A stretch of 59,724 nt of DNA, the filler included. It is 3 parts of 3 records of this genome, joined end to end, with 100 filler letters (N's around TTAATTAATTAA, not from the genome) between each part and the next. Parts side by side here need not be neighbours in the genome. Positions count along the whole stretch, not along the records: positions 40,968 to 59,724 come from DRR723986_4150; 2 more parts are not named here. One strand, given 5' to 3'. The translations under genes were made by a program, and so were the position numbers. Below, one piece after another: positions 56,794 through 59,724 of the stretch; position 1 is the stretch's first letter, and every line of letters starts with the position of its first letter. The notes beneath the pieces were generated by a model. It was not told the origin of the DNA, did no database searches, and worked only from the letters and a program-made list of their open reading frames with translations.

Positions 56794-57516
56794 TTATGGC
56801 TCCTTTTTGTCCAAGGCGCTGGTCAATCCATCGGCTTTGGGGCGGCTGTCATCGGGCAATTCGCCTTCGACCAAATACACAACCTGCTCGGCGATCGCGG
56901 TCACATGATCGCCCATGCGTTCGGTATTTTTTGCAATGAAATGCAGATGCATACAGGCGGTAATGTTGCGCGGGTCTTCCATCATGAAGGTCAGGAATTC
57001 ACGAAACAGCGCGTTATACATCTGGTCTACATCGTGATCACGCAAGATCACATCATGGGCCAATTGCGCATCGCGCGCGATATAGGCATCCAGCGCATCT
57101 TTCAGCATCAATTGCACCTCGCGCGCCATACGGCGCAGCGCGGCATGGGCGCCCTCGATGGGGGCCATATTGGCCAACACGCCGGTGCGCTTGGCCATGT
57201 TTTTGGCATAATCGCCAATGCGTTCCAGATTGCCCGAGATTTTCATCACCGACAAAACGATGCGCAAATCCACCGCCGTGGGCGAGCGCAGCGCGATCAG
57301 GCGGGTGACATCTTCGTTGATCAGCAGCTCTAGCGCATCGATGGCCTTGTCGCCATCGCGCACCTGTTCGGCCAGTTCTGTATCGTTTTCATCCAGCGAT
57401 CTGGCGCCTTCCAAAATGGCGTTTTCCACCAAGCCGCCCATTTTCATGATGCGCGCCTGTATCGCCTCTAGTTCGCGGTCGAAGGCAGAAACGATATGTT
57501 GGGTGTTGTCTTGCAT
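56794..57516 (-). CDS. phoU: Phosphate signalling protein PhoU
   Basis: HIVSAFD, DLR, LERIGDYAKN, ERMGDHVT. Confidence 0.96.
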   Translation of the reverse strand: MQDNTQHIVSAFDRELEAIQARIMKMGGLVENAILEGARSLDENDTELAEQVRDGDKAIDALELLINEDVTRLIALRSPTAVDLRIVLSVMKISGNLERIGDYAKNMAKRTGVLANMAPIEGAHAALRRMAREVQLMLKDALDAYIARDAQLAHDVILRDHDVDQMYNALFREFLTFMMEDPRNITACMHLHFIAKNTERMGDHVTAIAEQVVYLVEGELPDDSRPKADGLTSALDKKEP

Positions 57517-57532
57517 GATCATGCCTGCTTTC

Positions 57533-58336
57533 TCAGCCAATCCGGCCGGTAATATAGCTTTCGGTGCGCGGGTCTTGCGGCTGGGTGAAGATCCGGCTGG
57601 TATCGTCAAATTCCACCAGATTGCCCAAGTGGAAAAACGCGGTTTTCTGGCTGACGCGGGCCGCCTGCTGCATCGAATGAGTGACGATCACCACCGAGTA
57701 ATTGGTGCGCAGATCATCGATCAATTCTTCCACCTGCGCCGTTGCAATCGGGTCCAGCGCCGAGCACGGCTCGTCCATCAACAGCACTTCGGGCTGGGTG
57801 GCGATGGCGCGTGCAATGCACAGGCGCTGCTGCTGGCCGCCAGACAGGCCCGTGCCCGGGGCGTGCAGGCGGTCTTTTACCTCGTTCCAGATGGCACCGC
57901 GGCGCAGCGCGGTTTCCACGATCTCGTCCAGCTCGGCTTTGTTGCGCGCCATGCCGTGGATACGCGGGCCATAGGCCACGTTATCGTAGATCGATTTCGG
58001 AAAGGGATTTGGTTTTTGAAACACCATGCCCACACGCGCGCGCAGTTGCACGGGGTCTACGCGCTTGTCGTAGATGTCTTCGCCATCCAGCTCGATGCGG
58101 CCTTCTACGCGGCACACATCGATCGTGTCATTCATGCGGTTCAAACAGCGCAGGAAGGTAGATTTGCCACAGCCCGACGGGCCGATAAACGCCGTCACCG
58201 TGCGCGGCGCGATATCGACATTCACATCTTTGATAGCGTGGCTATCACCGTAATAGACCTGCACATTGCGGGCCGAGATCTTGATTTCGTTTTGATCCAC
58301 GTTGATCTCCGCGTTGTTTGTTGGGGCGTCATACAT
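57533..58336 (-). CDS. pstB: Phosphate ABC transporter ATP-binding protein
   Basis: [39 protein letters not shown]. Confidence 0.97.
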   Translation of the reverse strand: MYDAPTNNAEINVDQNEIKISARNVQVYYGDSHAIKDVNVDIAPRTVTAFIGPSGCGKSTFLRCLNRMNDTIDVCRVEGRIELDGEDIYDKRVDPVQLRARVGMVFQKPNPFPKSIYDNVAYGPRIHGMARNKAELDEIVETALRRGAIWNEVKDRLHAPGTGLSGGQQQRLCIARAIATQPEVLLMDEPCSALDPIATAQVEELIDDLRTNYSVVIVTHSMQQAARVSQKTAFFHLGNLVEFDDTSRIFTQPQDPRTESYITGRIG

Positions 58337-58351
58337 GGGTGTATACCTTGC

Positions 58352-59698
58352 TTACCACCGGCGCTCAAACCGGCGCCGCAACATAATGGCGGCTATGTTC
58401 ATGATCACGAGGAAGCACAACAGCACGATAATCGCGCCAGAGGCCCGCTCGACAAAGGCGGGGTCGCCGCGTGTGGTCCAGTTATAGACCTGCACAGGCA
58501 ATGCCGATGCCGGGTCCATCAGCCCTTCGGGCGGGCTGCCGGGGTATTCGCGCACAAAGGCCACCATGCCGATCAGCAGCAAGGGGGCGGTTTCGCCCAA
58601 GGCCTGGGCCAGGCCAATGATAGTGCCCGTCAAAATGCCCGGCATGGCCAGGGGCAGCACGTGGTGAAAGACCGATTGCATCTTAGATGCCCCCACCCCC
58701 AAAGCCGCATCGCGGATCGAAGGCGGCACCGCCTTCAGCGCCGCGCGGGTGGCGATGATGATGGTGGGCAGGGTCATCAAGGTCAGCACCAAGCCGCCCA
58801 CAATCGGCGCCGATTGGGGCAGGCCGACAAAGTTGATGAAAATGGCCAGGCCCAAAATACCAAACACAATCGAGGGCACCGCCGCCAGGTTCGAGATATT
58901 CACCTCGATCAGGTCGGTCCATTTGTTTTGCGGCGCAAATTCTTCCAGATAGATCGAGGCCGCAACGCCGATGGGCAGCGACAGGCACAAAACGATCAAC
59001 ATCATATAGGCCGAGCCCAAGATCGCCACGCCCAAACCCGCAGCTTCGGGGCGGGTATCGGATGCATCGGGGGCGGTAAAGAAACCCCAGTTAAAGCGCA
59101 GATCAATGATGCCCGCGGCGCGCAGCGCATCGGCCAATTCCAGCTGCGCGGGCGAGATATTGCGATCAAGCGCTGCGCTTTCCATGGTTACGCGGCCCTT
59201 GAAATAGCCATCCACCCGGCCCTGTGCCAGCACCTGCAAGGGAATGGTTTGCCCCACCAATGCGGGATTGGCCAAAACCATGTTGCGCAGCGTGGCGGGC
59301 GCCTCTTTTGATATAAGCGCCTCGATATCTTTCTTGCTGACACCTTCGGTGCTGATCCCCTGCGCCTCGATCATCTGGGCCAGCGCCCGGCCCAGCAAGG
59401 GGGCATAGCCAAAGGTTGTGACCTTGGCCATTTTGGCCGGGTCACGATCGCCGGCTTTGTCCAGTTTGGCCGGGTCCAGATAGACCTCAAGGTTGATAAA
59501 TGTTTGGCGAAAGGACGACGCGCCATTGGCAATGATCGAGCTGAGCAAGCCCACCAGCGCCAAAATACCGATGGTCACTGCAACCAGACCCATCCGGCGA
59601 AACCGCGCCTCGGCGGCGTTGCGCTTGCGGGTGCGGGCATCTTGCACCAGCAGCGATTTTTGCGCAGGCGCCCCGTTGGGGTAAGAGATGTCGCTCAT
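58352..59698 (-). CDS. pstA: Phosphate ABC transporter permease PstA
   Basis: [34 protein letters not shown]. Confidence 0.96.
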   Translation of the reverse strand: MSDISYPNGAPAQKSLLVQDARTRKRNAAEARFRRMGLVAVTIGILALVGLLSSIIANGASSFRQTFINLEVYLDPAKLDKAGDRDPAKMAKVTTFGYAPLLGRALAQMIEAQGISTEGVSKKDIEALISKEAPATLRNMVLANPALVGQTIPLQVLAQGRVDGYFKGRVTMESAALDRNISPAQLELADALRAAGIIDLRFNWGFFTAPDASDTRPEAAGLGVAILGSAYMMLIVLCLSLPIGVAASIYLEEFAPQNKWTDLIEVNISNLAAVPSIVFGILGLAIFINFVGLPQSAPIVGGLVLTLMTLPTIIIATRAALKAVPPSIRDAALGVGASKMQSVFHHVLPLAMPGILTGTIIGLAQALGETAPLLLIGMVAFVREYPGSPPEGLMDPASALPVQVYNWTTRGDPAFVERASGAIIVLLCFLVIMNIAAIMLRRRFERRW

Positions 59699-59724
59699 TC
59701 GTACTGCTCCCGGTATTTGCGCAC
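59695..59724 (-). CDS. pstC: 3' end of PstC
   Basis: VRKYREQYE* with ATGA overlap into pstA. Confidence 0.8.
   Translation of the reverse strand: MRKYREQYE

Noticed and set aside
57218-59311. 697-aa plus-strand ORF
   Set aside because: Antisense shadow of phoU/pstB/pstA in GC-rich DNA; no recognisable motifs
1-59724. Apparent duplication of pstCAB at both window ends
   Set aside because: The copies lie on different contigs from different organisms

Overview
The window is three unrelated contigs joined by two artificial 100-bp spacers (44 N + TTAATTAATTAA + 44 N, at 23022-23121 and 40868-40967). Contig 1 (1-23021, GC-rich alphaproteobacterium, Hyphomonas/Caulobacterales-like by inference) carries pstC-pstA-pstB(partial), hslVU, a NUDIX hydrolase, a degenerate EAL protein, a DUF2336 protein and tig. 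Between tig and a truncated tRNA-Leu(TAG) lies a ~13-kb envelope-modification cluster: HAD-UbiA prenyltransferase, GtrA, MBOAT + SGNH/DltD-like + ACP + adenylation enzyme + FabG-like SDR, two GT87s, a third GT-C-like protein and a PQQ dehydrogenase-cytochrome c fusion. Contig 2 (23122-40867, probably Bacteroidota/Chlorobiota-group such as Kapabacteria/Ignavibacteria, inferred) carries purK, menG, menA, panB, a CX4CH lipoprotein, an orphan GroES, an iodotyrosine-deiodinase-like nitroreductase, a MarR with four visible operators, YbaN, DUF1579 and an MMPL/LolA-like/beta-barrel triad. It also holds the best candidate for an undescribed system (24678-27748): an HTH-TPR-like 513-aa protein, exact 15-bp direct repeats, an inverted repeat over the initiation region of a 67-aa acidic peptide gene with a hydrophobic N-terminus, and two DUF2513-like winged-helix genes. 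This resembles a receptor-peptide signalling cassette. Both ends of contig 2 break at the same position of one repeat family. Contig 3 (40968-59724, Rhodobacteraceae-like) is mostly core genome: trkA(partial), ntrYX, dusB-ntrBC, ispDF-pgpA-cinA, an orphan amt with NtrC boxes, pipecolate-oxidase-like/gcdH/LysR, and pstC(end)-pstA-pstB-phoU-phoB. All calls come from motif reading and recall; no database searches were run.
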